NCBI RefSeq assembly: GCF_001194135.2
Contig: NC_069006.1
Coordinates: 24,174,647 to 24,208,669 of the forward strand
Source: Octopus bimaculoides
Taxonomy: Eukaryota
DNA length: 34,023 nucleotides
Direction: 5' to 3'
Position numbers and translations under genes: made by a program
Notes under the pieces: generated by a model
The model's input: only the letters and a program-made list of their open reading frames with translations
Database searches by the model: none
Told to the model about the DNA's origin: nothing
Part shown: in pieces, positions 21,780 to 33,789 of the stretch
Numbering within the stretch: position 1 is the first letter of the stretch
Layout: every line of letters begins with the position of its first letter

Positions 21780-21990
21780 AAGGCAGCGAGCTGGCAGAAT
21801 CGTTAGCACGCTAGACGAAATGTTTAGTGGTATTTCGCCCGTCGCTACGTTCTGAGTTCAAATTCCGTTGAGGTCGACTTTGCCTCTCATCCTTTTGGAC
21901 GGGGTCGATAAATTAAATACCAGTTGCGTACTGGAGTCGATCTAATCGATTGCGCTCCCCTCCCCCAAAATTTCAGGCCTTATAGTAGAA
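21780..21990 (+). mobile_element. SINE family B copy
   Basis: aggcagcgagctggcagaatcgttagcacg...gttctgagttcaaattccgttgaggtcgactttgcc. Starts just after an (ATT)n tract. Confidence 0.85.
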
Positions 21991-22525
21991 AGGATTATTA
22001 TTATTATCATCCTTATTATATTATCCTCATCATTCTCATCCTCTTCTTTATCATCATCATCATCAACCTCATCATTATTGCCATCTTTTATAATTATTTT
22101 ATTTAAAAAAATTAAAACAAAAATCAATTGCCAACAATAACAACGAAAAACAACAACAACCAAATCAACAACATAAACACCAACAATAAATTTTCAAAAA
22201 AGAATCGGTTGCACTTAATAACCTCATCTTGTACTGCTTTTCTTCGGCGGACAGTTTTTATTGTTAGTCTTTTTTTTGTGTGTGTATTTGTTTTTCTTTT
22301 TTTTTTCTTTTTCTTTTTATTCTTGTGTGTATTTGTGTTTGTGGTTCGCTATTTTGGCGTTTAATTTTTTCTTCTCTTAATTTCCTGCTTCTTTCTTTCT
22401 TTCTTTCGTTCTTTCTTTCGTTCTTTCTTTCTTTTCTCTTTAATTACATGTCACGTTTTAGAATTTGTAGATTCTTGGAAAGTCTTCAGATGTCATGGTT
22501 TGGCTTTTCTTCTCAGTCATTAGAT

Positions 22526-22576
<51 letters not shown>

Positions 22577-24654
22577 CAGGTAGCCATATATACGACTGGA
22601 GGTAAGTACATACATACATATACGTGTTTGTGTAGATGCTTATATATATATATGTATATATACATATATTGTAGTATAGTTTGCAAGAAGCCTTATCCGA
22701 TACAGATAAATATCTAAAAAAATTTAAGCCCAAAATAATGCAAGATGTAAGTAATAAAACAAGTCGATGGGATGTGATTTTACCTTGCATTTCAATATTT
22801 CGAGTGCAAGACCCCTCCTTCCGGAGATTTCCGCAGAAGCATTATTGAGACTTGACTTCCCTGTTCTGTAGTTTGTGTATATAAAATACTGATTTGTGTG
22901 CGCAAGATAGCGTTTCTATAATAGCCAATCAGCTACGTGCAGTTCGATTCCTTTGTTAATATGAGGGTTGGTCTTGCTAATTAGATGGCTTCTTTTATTC
23001 ACAAATTCCCAATGTTTCGTTCTGTAGCTTCAATAGAAACATTGAATTCTTCATGTGTATGTATATATATATATTTATGTATGTACGTGCGTGTGTGTAT
23101 TCACATATACATATATTTACTTTTATATCTATGCATCCCTAAGATGTATACATATATATATNNNNNNNNNNTATACATATTAATTTATGTGTAGGGTGTA
23201 AATGTGAGATAAAGCACATTATACACCTGTATAATGAAGGGACGAATGGAATGCTATTAAAAAAAAGGTATTAACCAACGGCAAGAATCAAACAATTTGT
23301 AATCAGTCACGATGGCATATTCTTTGCTACTTCGGAGAATTCTTTGGACAACCCGTTCTTGGTAAAGACATCGCATCGGTTCAGTTGACCACCGACCAAC
23401 AACCACATACCACCTCCACTCCATCTCCATGACTACCATCTTCAACACCACCACTGTTACCAGAAACGCAATAACCGCTATCATTATCGCAAATATACGG
23501 ATTATCATCATCACCATTTTCAATCATCGCTATCATCATCAGCATCATCATCGTCATCATCATCACTATCGCCACCATCATCGTTGAGGTCATCATCATC
23601 GCTACCATTATCATCATCATCATCATCATTATCAAAATCATCTTCATCACCATAATCATCGGCGTCGTCATCATTGTTATAATCATCATCATCATCATCA
23701 TCATTGAATGCTTAAAATCTCACTATACAATCCTGCTTCATTTCCCCTCTCTCTCTCTCTCTTTTTCTCTCTCTCACTATTTGTCTGACCACACACACAC
23801 ACACACACACACACAATGATAATAAAAGAAAGTTAAAATATAGAAAACTACGTTTATTTGGGTTTTTTTCTTTTTTTTTTAAATACAAGTTATTTACATT
23901 AACAGACTTTGCATTGAAGAGTCGTAAAAAAAAACAAAACCAAAAAAAAAACAAAAAAAAACACAAACAAAATTCCTTTTATGGTTCGATATTTGTTTTT
24001 TGGTTTTCTTTTTCTTTTTTTTTTTACAAGTGCACAAACTGGAAATTTCGCTAAGAAGAACAAGGAAAATGGTTACACGACAATGCTGAGCAAGAAGAGG
24101 TTTTGCAGCTAAATTATTGAGTAATTCTTCACTTCACTACGAACTCAAATGACAATTCCGTTTGTTTAAAAAGATTCCCTCGTTCGTATTTACTTTCTAC
24201 ATGCAGTTTTAAATTGTTTTATATATATATACACACACACATTATACATACNNNNNNNNNNNNNNNNNNNNNNNNNNNNNNNNNNNNNNNNNNNNNNNNN
24301 NNNNNNNNNNNNNNNNNNNNNNNNNNNNNNNNNNNNNNNNNNNNNNNNNNNNNNNNNNNNNNNNNNNNNNNNNNNNNNNNNNNNNNNNNNNNNNNNNNNN
24401 NNNNNNNNNNNNNNNNNNNNNNNNNNNNNNNNNNNNNNNNNNNNNNNNNNNNNNNNNNNNNNNNNNNNNNNNNNNNNNNNNNNNNNNNNNNNNNNNNNNN
24501 NNNNNNNNNNNNNNNNNNNNNNNNNNNNNNNNNNNNNNNNNNNNNNNNNNNNNNNNNNNNNNNNNNNNNNNNNNNNNNNNNNNNNNNNNNNNNNNNNNNN
24601 NNNNNNNNNNNNNNNNNNNNNNNNNNNNNNNNNNNNNNNNNNNNNNNNNNNNNN

Positions 24655-24685
<31 letters not shown>

Positions 24686-24899
24686 GTATATATATATGTG
24701 GTTCTACTTAGTGTCACATAATGAAGTTATTTCCTTTGGTGTGACATGAAATATATAAATACACGACGCCATTTATTATAAGAGTGATTGATCGTTTGGT
24801 TTTCTTCGTTTCTATTTTGCAGTTTTATTGCACTTGATTTTGTTTTTCGTTTCTTCTTTTGCTTTCTTTTTTTGTGTTTCTATGTTTCCATGCATGTTA

Positions 24900-25260
24900 C
24901 GGTTTCACAGTCGGACGCATTGGCATTAATTGTGCAGAGGATGTGCGGCGAAGGCTTGGAATTAGAAATGAGCTAAGCATGCTCTGCAGGATGCGTAAAT
25001 ACTAGCGTGCATGAACGACAGCGTAGGTGATTGGAGGAAAAACAGATGTAAAAAAAAAAAAAGAATCCGCTGTAAATGTGCAACAGAGATTGCACTGATA
25101 TGATCACGTGATGCACACGGAGGATGACATGAAGGGAGTTCGGGTGAAGAAGTTGCCATGCAACCCTGTATAGAGGGAGCCTGTATAAGAGGAAGACTGA
25201 GGAACGCATGAGAAGTGGTGAAGGATGACCAGTGAATGTTGACCCTCAGGACAAAAGAGG
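24900..25260 (+). mobile_element. Decayed RTE-clade LINE, C-terminal ORF remnant
   Basis: Frames give AEDVRRRLGIRNELSML / NTSVHERQ / QQRLH*YDHVMH / IEGACIRGRLRNA*EVVKDD. These parallel the RTE motifs 'EDMRRLERNE.SML', 'RRLRWYGHVMR' and 'EG..RGRPRKTW.EVV..D'. Confidence 0.7.
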
Positions 25261-25843
25261 AAGAAACAAAAAATTCTCCCGTCCATGTAACAATGGATGA
25301 TAAACAGATGTAAATGATGAGGATTATGATGACGTTAACGATGATGATGATGATGTTGTTCGTGGTCGTGGTGACAATGGTGATGAAGATGATGATGATG
25401 ATCGTGATGCTGAGGAGGAGGATGGTGCGATTACGGCATCAACGATGGCAATGTTGATGACAATGATCATGGCCATAGTTATAATGATAACGATGACGGC
25501 AACGATGATGATGGTGATGATGATGATGATGACGAGGATACCAATCGTAAAGTTGAACAATAATGTTACGTCATCACCGCAAACATTACTGGTATACCGG
25601 ATACAATTCATACGTATATATATATATATATATATNNNNNNNNNNNNNNNNNNNNNNNNNNNNNNNNNNNNNNNNNNNNNNNNNNNNNNNNNNNNNNNNN
25701 NNNNNNNNNNNNNNNNNNNNNNNNNNNNNNNNNNNNNNNNNNNNNNNNNNNNNATACAAAAATCTACACACACACACACACACACCAAATAAATAGTCAT
25801 TCTGATGCTGCACGTATCACAATTGAAAAGTTGACTGTGTTCT

Positions 25844-25885
<42 letters not shown>

Positions 25886-25990
25886 AACACACACAGATAT
25901 AGACACATGTACGAATACAAATATATACATACATCGATGATACAATGGCGGATGAGACGAGCGATAATGGCCTGAAAGGTGATTTGTAGT

Positions 25991-26040
25991 GGTGCCACTG
26001 CCCTGGTATTGGTGCCACTGCCCTGGTATTGGTGCCACTG
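25991..26040 (+). repeat. 20-bp tandem repeat (ggtgccactgccctggtatt) x2.5
   Basis: Directly visible, about 310 bp downstream of the UNC93A-like stop codon. Confidence 0.9.
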
Positions 26041-26350
26041 TCGCTGGCTCTGGTGCCGTTGTTATTGCCAGTGGTGTTATCACTGTTGTTGATGGTTTAG
26101 ATGGTATTTATGGTGATGGTGATTGGCGGTGGGGGAGTGTGTAGTAGCGGTGGAAATTTGGCAGTACTACGATGGGTTACAATGGGAAGTGAAAGTGAAA
26201 GTAAAATTTATCTGTCTGTCCATATCTTTTAGTTGATCAGTCTTTTTGTCAGTCTGTCTGTCTGTCTTTCCAGTCATTCTATTTGCCTGTCAGTCTGTCT
26301 GTCTGTCTGTGTGTCCATTTGTGCCAGTTCCTACTCTGATCTGCTCTGCT

Positions 26351-26580
26351 CTACAGAGCAACAATGTCTTTGATGTCTTGTTGCTGTAACCTCAGCCGTA
26401 ATTCAATGACGCCGTACGCCAGCAGTGAGACGCCCATTGCACCAGCGAGGATGTAAACTTTGGTCACCACACACAGGAAGTAGCTGTAACCGAACGCTAT
26501 GGCGCAACCGGTGGCATGGAACATGCGGTAAGACGCGAATGCAGCCTCTTGTCGATCCATGAACAAAACGCCAAACAGAG
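26351..26580 (-). CDS. UNC93A: Last coding exon of an UNC-93-like protein A (MFS-type membrane protein)
   Basis: The minus strand reads ...cctttccatctcgttgcag|CT CTG TTT GGC..., a good acceptor with a phase-1 start. Translation: (A)LFGVLFMDRQEAAFASYRMFHATGCAIAFGYSYFLCVVTKVYILAGAMGVSLLAYGVIELRLRLQQQDIKDIVAL*, TAG at 26351-26353. This matches the UNC-93 family C-terminal pattern 'ALYGVLF...EAAFSNYRLW...G..IAF' plus two hydrophobic helices. Recognised from memory, so the symbol means family-level similarity. The track ORF start at 26662 lies in the intron. Confidence 0.9.
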
Positions 26581-27191
26581 CTGCAACGAGATGGAAAGGG
26601 AGAAGTTTAGGGATTTTAGTAAAAACTGAGTAAATAATTGGTAGGTCGCAAAAATATGTCATTAATTAACAATACGTTTTGAGAGTATTTCCAAGAATAA
26701 TTAGACTATAAGTGTAGAGAGACTGACAAATACACATGCAGACAAACGCATATTTATTTATATGCCCATAGAAGCACGTATAAGATCGTTGACCAAACAC
26801 CATTCATTTTTTTCTCCGTGTTTTTTCTGTTGAAGAGCGTAGCTCGAAACGTTAAAGACTTTCTGTATTCCCGAGCGTCAAACTAATACAATCTTTTGTT
26901 GTTTACACCACCTGTCCTCGTCTGNNNNNNNNNNNNNNNNNNNNNNNNNNNNNNNNNNNNNNNNNNNNNNNNNNNNNNNNNNNNNNNNNNNNNNNNNNNN
27001 NNNNNNNNNNNNNNNNNNNNNNNNNNNNNNNNNNNNNNNNNNNNNNNNNNNNNNNNNNNNNNNNNNNNNNNNNNNNNNNNNNNNNNNNNNNNNNNNNNNN
27101 NNNNNNNNNNNNNNNNNNNNNNNNNNNNNNNNNNNNNNNNNNNNNNNNNNNNNNNNNNNNNNNNNNNNNNNNNNNNNNNNNNNNNNNNNNN

Positions 27192-27262
<71 letters not shown>

Positions 27263-27822
27263 ATATAGCATATAGCAATCAGATTTTAAAAAACGAAAAT
27301 TTTGTTGTTACATAACTTTATTCAAGATTACGATCGTTTCAAATGGCTGGAGGAACTGGTTATTCACTTTCCACTGGTTTGTATGCATAATTAATCAATT
27401 AATCAATGAAACTTAACCGTCAACCATTCTCGTCAGACCGTAAAGTTATTATGCTAGCTTTTTCAGCGTTTCCGACAAACATATATATCCTTGTGGGGAA
27501 GTGGGTTGCATTGACTTAGAGCTCTAAATATAGAGAACTGCACATCTATAAATATAGAGATAACTGACGTAGCAAATCAACTTCTTCGATTTATTATAAA
27601 CTTGCTAAATTCACAGTCCGAGGAGGTCAAGGAGTCAGTAAGTATAAAAGTACGTTAAGCCAGAGAAAATATAGAAAAGGAAATTACTACTCGATATTTA
27701 CTTACTATGTTGATTTAAGAAGAAAGAACAAGGAAATTCTGTTAGGTGTATTATAAATGTATGTAAAAATTAAGTGTTAAATGCCCGTCTATGCCGTGCC
27801 CGGAAAATTCGCCTCAAAAAAT

Positions 27823-27946
27823 TTCGCCGAAAGGTTGAAAAGCGAAGTCGACTCCAGCGCAATTTGAACTCAGAATGTAAAACCAGACGAAATGCCGCAA
27901 AGCAGTTTTACCCAGCGTGCTAACGGTTCTGCCAGCTCGCTGCCTT
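27823..27946 (-). mobile_element. SINE family B copy (partial)
   Basis: Reverse complement of the family B head (aatttgaactcagaa...gtgctaacggttctgccagctcgctgcctt). Confidence 0.8.
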
Positions 27947-27981
27947 AACAAGCAACAACAACAATAATGATAATAACAATA

Positions 27982-28076
<95 letters not shown>

Positions 28077-28078
28077 AA

Positions 28079-28239
28079 AAAACAGAAACAATTCCTATCA
28101 TAGTAGGTGCCTTAGGTATAATAAAAAAATATTCAGACAAATACAAAACAAAAACACCAGGACTTACAAATATATATAACATACAGAAAATTGCACTACT
28201 GGGTACTGCACACATTCTACGCAAAACACTTTCAATACA
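28079..28239 (+). mobile_element. 3' end of an R4/Dong-clade non-LTR retrotransposon ORF (C-terminus of the restriction-like endonuclease region)
   Basis: Open frame KTETIPIIVGALGIIKKYSDKYKTKTPGLTNIYNIQKIALLGTAHILRKTLSI matches the R4/Dong C-terminal motif 'IPIVIGALG....QK.ALLGTA.ILRK.L'. Heavily 5'-truncated and runs into a gap. Confidence 0.8.
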
Positions 28240-28524
28240 NNNNNNNNNNNNNNNNNNNNNNNNNNNNNNNNNNNNNNNNNNNNNNNNNNNNNNNNNNNNN
28301 NNNNNNNNNNNNNNNNNNNNNNNNNNNNNNNNNNNNNNNNNNNNNNNNNNNNNNNNNNNNNNNNNNNNNNNNNNNNNNNNNNNNNNNNNNNNNNNNNNNN
28401 NNNNNNNNNNNNNNNNNNNNNNNNNNNNNNNNNNNNNNNNNNNNNNNNNNNNNNNNNNNNNNNNNNNNNNNNNNNNNNNNNNNNNNNNNNNNNNNNNNNN
28501 NNNNNNNNNNNNNNNNNNNNNNNN

Positions 28525-28585
<61 letters not shown>

Positions 28586-28624
28586 TGAAATTCCGTTAAA
28601 GCAACGGCAAAGATCAGTGAGATT

Positions 28625-28663
<39 letters not shown>

Positions 28664-29247
28664 GGAGTTAAGAAGAAATATTTGGTGGCAAGATAACAGG
28701 TTTGTTTCTAAAAAGGTCATCGCTTCTGGATGATCTTTAGAAAATGTTACAGACTGACATCTTGTGGACACAGACAGAAACGAGGCCACAACCCGTATTC
28801 CGTCATGTGTGTGTATGTGCGTGCGCGCGTTTGTGCGCGCGTGTATGTGTGTCTATTTGTGTGTATATAAGTGAGTGTGTGCGTGAGTGTGTATGTGTGT
28901 GTGTTTATTTGTATGCATATAGGTGAATGTGTGTGTGAGTGTATGCGTGTGTGTGTGTGAGTGTGTATGCGTGTGTATGGATATGTGTGTGCGTGTATGT
29001 CAGGAGAAGAGAAGGAGAAAGACAGAGACGGAGAAAGAAAGAGATGGAGAGGGAGAGGGGGGGAGAAAGTGAGATAGAAAACGAGAGAGGGGGTGAGAAA
29101 GAGAGATACAATAAAAAAGAGTGAGAGAGAGAGAGAGAGAGATGAAGCGATAGAAAGACAGACAGAAATCAAGAGGCACAGAGAGAGAGAGAGAACAAGA
29201 GAGAGAGCGATAGAGACAGAGGGTAAGAGAGGGAGAGAGAGAGAGAG

Positions 29248-29787
29248 AGAGCGATAGAGACAGAGGGTAAGAGAGGGAGAGAGAGAGAGAGAAAGACTAG
29301 GACGTGAGTGTTAAGTCTATCTCCAACCAACTTCTCCCTTTCAATGGCTCTTTTCTTCTTCAAGACCATTTTTGACCACAACCATTCCACAAGGAACAAG
29401 TAATGGAGTTAATAGATTTTTTAAAAATAAACAGTAAAAAAAAAATAATCTTTAAATATTTACGAAAGAAAACAAAACAAAGCAAAAAGAACAAACAAGC
29501 AACAAAAACGAANNNNNNNNNNAGAGCGATAGAGACAGAGGGTAAGAGAGGGAGAGAGAGAGAGAGAAAGACTAGGACGTGAGTGTTAAGTCTATCTCCA
29601 ACCAACTTCTCCCTTTCAATGGCTCTTTTCTTCTTCAAGACCATTTTTGACCACAACCATTCCACAAGGAACAAGTAATGGAGTTAATAGATTTTTTAAA
29701 AATAAACAGTAAAAAAAAAATAATCTTTAAATATTTACGAAAGAAAACAAAACAAAGCAAAAAGAACAAACAAGCAACAAAAACGAA
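29248..29787 (+). repeat. ~265-bp direct duplication across a 10-N gap (probable assembly artefact)
   Basis: 29248-29512 is repeated apparently identically at 29523-29787, separated by exactly 10 N. Confidence 0.85.
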
Positions 29788-29901
29788 AAAAAAAGAAAAA
29801 ACCCAACAGATCCGTGATTGACTGGGGCAGACGACCTGATTAAGCGACTGACCGACAGACAGACGATCAGCTGATTTATTTGGAAGAATTTTGCTGTTGT
29901 C

Positions 29902-29934
<33 letters not shown>

Positions 29935-30494
29935 AGCGGCGGCTGTGGTAGTGGTGATGATTATAATGATGTTGATGGTGGGTATCGTGGTGGTGGCGAT
30001 GAAGTTGTTCCCCGATGGTGGTTGTGGCGATGATGGTGACGATGATGACGATGATGACGATGGTGGTGGTGGTGGTGGTAGCGGAAGAGACGATGTTGTT
30101 ATTGTTGTTGATATTGTTGAGGATGACGATGTTTTTGTTGGGAAGTTGTTTATTTTTTATTTTTTTATTTTTTTTCCTTTTATTTTTTTTTTCCTTCTTT
30201 TTTTTTGTTGTTCTTTGTTCCATTTTTGGCAACCATATTTTCTACCCTGATAAACAAGAGTTGTATTTAGACAAGTTTCTAATTTGGTAATCTACACCCC
30301 CACCGCCCATCCACACACCGTCCCTTCCTCTACACACACACAGTGAGAAACACATTCACATATACACACACAAATATATACACAAAAACATACACCCGTT
30401 TACACATACACAAGTAAACACACAAAAAGACATACACAGACAAACATATACACAAACACACACATACCCAAACATATCCCCATCCATGTATGTT

Positions 30495-30771
30495 TAGGCG
30501 CAGGTGTGGCTGTGTGATAAGAAGGTTGCTTCCTAACCACATGGTTCCAGGTTCAGTCTCACTACGTGGCACCTTGGGTATGTGTTTCTATTATAGCCTG
30601 GGCCGACCAAAGCCTTGTGAGCGGATTTGGTATATATATATATATATATTTGTGTGAGTGTTTGTCTCCCCCACCATCGCTTGACAAACGATGCTGGTCT
30701 GTTTATGTCCCCGTAACCTAGCGGTTCGCAAAAGAGACCGATAGAATAAGTACTAGGCTTACAAAGAATAT
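30495..30771 (+). mobile_element. SINE family A, longest copy (head, core, internal TA tract, tail)
   Basis: taggcgcaggtgtggctgtgtg...gccttgtgagcggatttgg(TA)n...gtactaggcttacaaagaata. Confidence 0.8.
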
Positions 30772-30859
30772 ATAAGCACACACACACACACACACACACA
30801 CCACACACATAGGTATGTTTTTACCTCCAGCCGTACATGTGTTTATCGTTCGTTCGTTT

Positions 30860-30935
30860 CGTTTATCGTTTAACGTCCGCTTTCCATGCTAGCATGGGTT
30901 GGACGATTTGACTGAGGACTGGTGAACCAGATGGC
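30860..30935 (-). mobile_element. 3' tail of an RTE-type LINE or related SINE (rest in gap)
   Basis: The minus strand ends ...ccaacccatgctagcatggaaagcggacgttaaacgat followed by a short repeat tail, a form I recall as an RTE-type 3' end. Confidence 0.5.
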
Positions 30936-31396
30936 TNNNNNNNNNNNNNNNNNNNNNNNNNNNNNNNNNNNNNNNNNNNNNNNNNNNNNNNNNNNNNNNN
31001 NNNNNNNNNNNNNNNNNNNNNNNNNNNNNNNNNNNNNNNNNNNNNNNNNNNNNNNNNNNNNNNNNNNNNNNNNNNNNNNNNNNNNNNNNNNNNNNNNNNN
31101 NNNNNNNNNNNNNNNNNNNNNNNNNNNNNNNNNNNNNNNNNNNNNNNNNNNNNNNNNNNNNNNNNNNNNNNNNNNNNNNNNNNNNNNNNNNNNNNNNNNN
31201 NNNNNNNNNNNNNNNNNNNNNNNNNNNNNNNNNNNNNNNNNNNNNNNNNNNNNNNNNNNNNNNNNNNNNNNNNNNNNNNNNNNNNNNNNNNNNNNNNNNN
31301 NNNNNNNNNNNNNNNNNNNNNNNNNNNNNNNNNNNNNNNNNNNNNNNNNNNNNNNNNNNNNNNNNNNNNNNNNNNNNNNNNNNNNNNNNNNNNNNN

Positions 31397-31469
31397 CCTT
31401 GTCAATGCAGAGCAGCCAAGCCTTAGCCAGGCCGCCTGGCTAAGGCTTGGCTACTCTGCATTGACAAGG
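31397..31469. repeat. 73-bp near-perfect palindrome
   Basis: Arms 31397-31432 and 31434-31469 are reverse complements with one mismatch around a single central C. Confidence 0.9.
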
Positions 31470-31635
31470 GGCAACACCCTGAAACTAGTCTGCAGATGCC
31501 AAACCAGCAGGGGGACACTGCTGACCTCCCCTGTTCGAAGGTTATAAAGGACACAGGTTCGTGTGTCACATAGCTAGCTAGAGGCGATGGCTTCTTGGAG
31601 CTAATTCACGGCAGCTTTCGTCCTAATTTTGGGAC

Positions 31636-31699
<64 letters not shown>

Positions 31700-32596
31700 A
31701 TTATGTATGTGTGTGTGTGTGATCACGAGACCGACCAGACCATCAGATGTTGTTATACATCCCTGATCACAATGCATTTTTGCATTGTTTTAGCTTTCGA
31801 ATCGGTACTCAGTTAATTACCGGTACACCTCAAACTGACTTCGCCTCCCCCACCACCATACTTTGTCTCAGCGCCAAAGATGACGAAGAATAAGGTGAAA
31901 TCGCCTGGAGATTGGACTCAAAGCATGATATGACTTTGACGAATACCACAAGGCATTTCACTCTCCACCGCCGCCGCCGCCACCACTCAACGGCAACAAC
32001 AACAACAACAACAACAGCATGAGCAATGGCATTAGTATTCTTCCATTATCTATTGAATATTTCCCACAATGCCTCTTTGTATTCAAGCAAACACGGTTTG
32101 CAGCCACGAGATAAATTTAGATGTCGGTATCTGCAAGACATGAGACCATGACTGACTAACACAGTACAACATAGACAGATATATAGATATATACATGCAC
32201 ATATACAAAGATTTATATAGGATAGTTTAGTAATATGGGGGTGTGTGTGTGTGTGAATATCTAATTTTATACATGTATACACTGAGAGAGAGAGAGAGGT
32301 ATGTGTGTGTGTATGTATATCTATCTATCTATNNNNNNNNNNNNNNNNNNNNNNNNNNNNNNNNNNNNNNNNNNNNNNNNNNNNNNNNNNNNNNNNNNNA
32401 TATATATATATATGTATATATAAATGGGACAAGAGTGCAAAACATCCAGACAGTTAGGTGATACAAAAAAAGTGACAACAAAACATTCAGACAGACGATA
32501 CAAAGAAAACAACGACGGGTCATTCAAAGTTTTCTTTCCTCAGTCGAGTTCCAGATTTTCTTTGCAATTTCGGCTGGTTATACTTGATATTGCTCT

Positions 32597-32627
<31 letters not shown>

Positions 32628-32649
32628 ATAGGAGCAATATCGAGAATAA

Positions 32650-32699
32650 CTGAACCCAGAACCATGTAGTTGGGAAGCAAGCTTCTTACCACACAGCCA
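32650..32699 (-). mobile_element. SINE family A head fragment
   Basis: ctgaacccagaaccatgtagttgggaagcaagcttcttaccacacagcc is the reverse complement of the family A head. Confidence 0.7.
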
Positions 32700-32703
32700 A
32701 AAC

Positions 32704-32735
32704 TGGCTCAGTGGTAAAAGGCCCAGGAATATATG

Positions 32736-32775
<40 letters not shown>

Positions 32776-32844
32776 CATATATTCCCAGCTACCATATCCA
32801 ACTACAAGGCTTTGCTTGGCCCTGGGCCTTTTACCACTGAGCCA
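32704..32844. repeat. 24-bp perfect inverted repeat flanking a TA-rich spacer
   Basis: tggctcagtggtaaaaggcccagg (32704-32727) and cctgggccttttaccactgagcca (32821-32844). Confidence 0.9.
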
Positions 32845-33198
32845 CTTTACCTGCATTAGCAGTCACCTGTGCAAGTATTTTTATCTTCCAGTTTTGGCCA
32901 AGAATACGTTATTAATTGTCTACAGAAATTATGTCTAAAAATGAAATATCACCTTTGTTTTAATCAGTTTTAATTAAATTTTAATTAATTTTAATTAAAT
33001 TGGATCACTGTTGCAGTAACTACTTAAAAAAAAAAAGTCACCGTTGCTATTTTGAGTTGTGTCCCTTGCTTTTGTTTTTCTTTTGGTTCTTTTTTTGCTT
33101 TTGTTTTTGTTTCTTGTATCTTAAGTATTATTAACCAATAAAACAATGTTTATGTCTCTTTGATGATGGTGTAACTAATTAAATTTAATTAATAGTAT

Positions 33199-33365
33199 AA
33201 GCGTAGGCATGGCTGTGCGGTGAGAAGCTTGCTTCCCAACCACATGGTTCAGGGTTCAGTCCCACTACATGGCACCTTGGACAAGTGTCTTCTACTATAG
33301 CCACAGGCCAGCCGAAGCCTTGTGAGTGGATTTTGTAGACAGAAACTGAAAGAAGCCCATCGTAT
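33199..33365 (+). mobile_element. SINE family A copy
   Basis: gcgtaggcatggctgtgcggtgagaagcttgcttcccaaccacatggttcagggttcagtccc...gaaactgaaagaagcccatcg. Confidence 0.85.
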
Positions 33366-33747
33366 ATATGTATATATATGAACAAAGCAGCAACAACAAT
33401 AACCACAACAACAACAAGAGCAACATGGACAAGAAAAGCAGAAGCACCACCACCATCAACAGCAGCAGTTACAAGAAGAAGAGCAGTAAGTATATAGAAA
33501 AAAAAAAGAAACTAAGAAAAAGAAGATGGAGGAGGAGGGGGGCAGCAATGTGTTTGTGAGTAATGGACCAATGAAATGTGTGGAAGTCCAGGAAGTGTTT
33601 CTCTTGATTGATTGGTCAACTCAAATATTTGGAATTAACAGTGTTTTAGGATAATTACTACTACTACTACTACTGCTACTATTACAATTGCCAGCACTAC
33701 AGCTACCATTATTACACTACTGCCACCTGCATCACCACCACCACCAC

Positions 33748-33789
<42 letters not shown>

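Noticed and set aside
26581-26662. N-terminal part of the track ORF 26351-26662 (MTYFCDLP...)
   Set aside because: It lies upstream of a clear splice acceptor and has no UNC-93 similarity, so it is intronic.
29169-29674. Two identical ORFs MFLVEWLWSKMVLKKK... suggesting a gene duplication
   Set aside because: They are produced by the identical 265-bp duplication across a 10-N gap, most likely unmerged overlapping contig ends.
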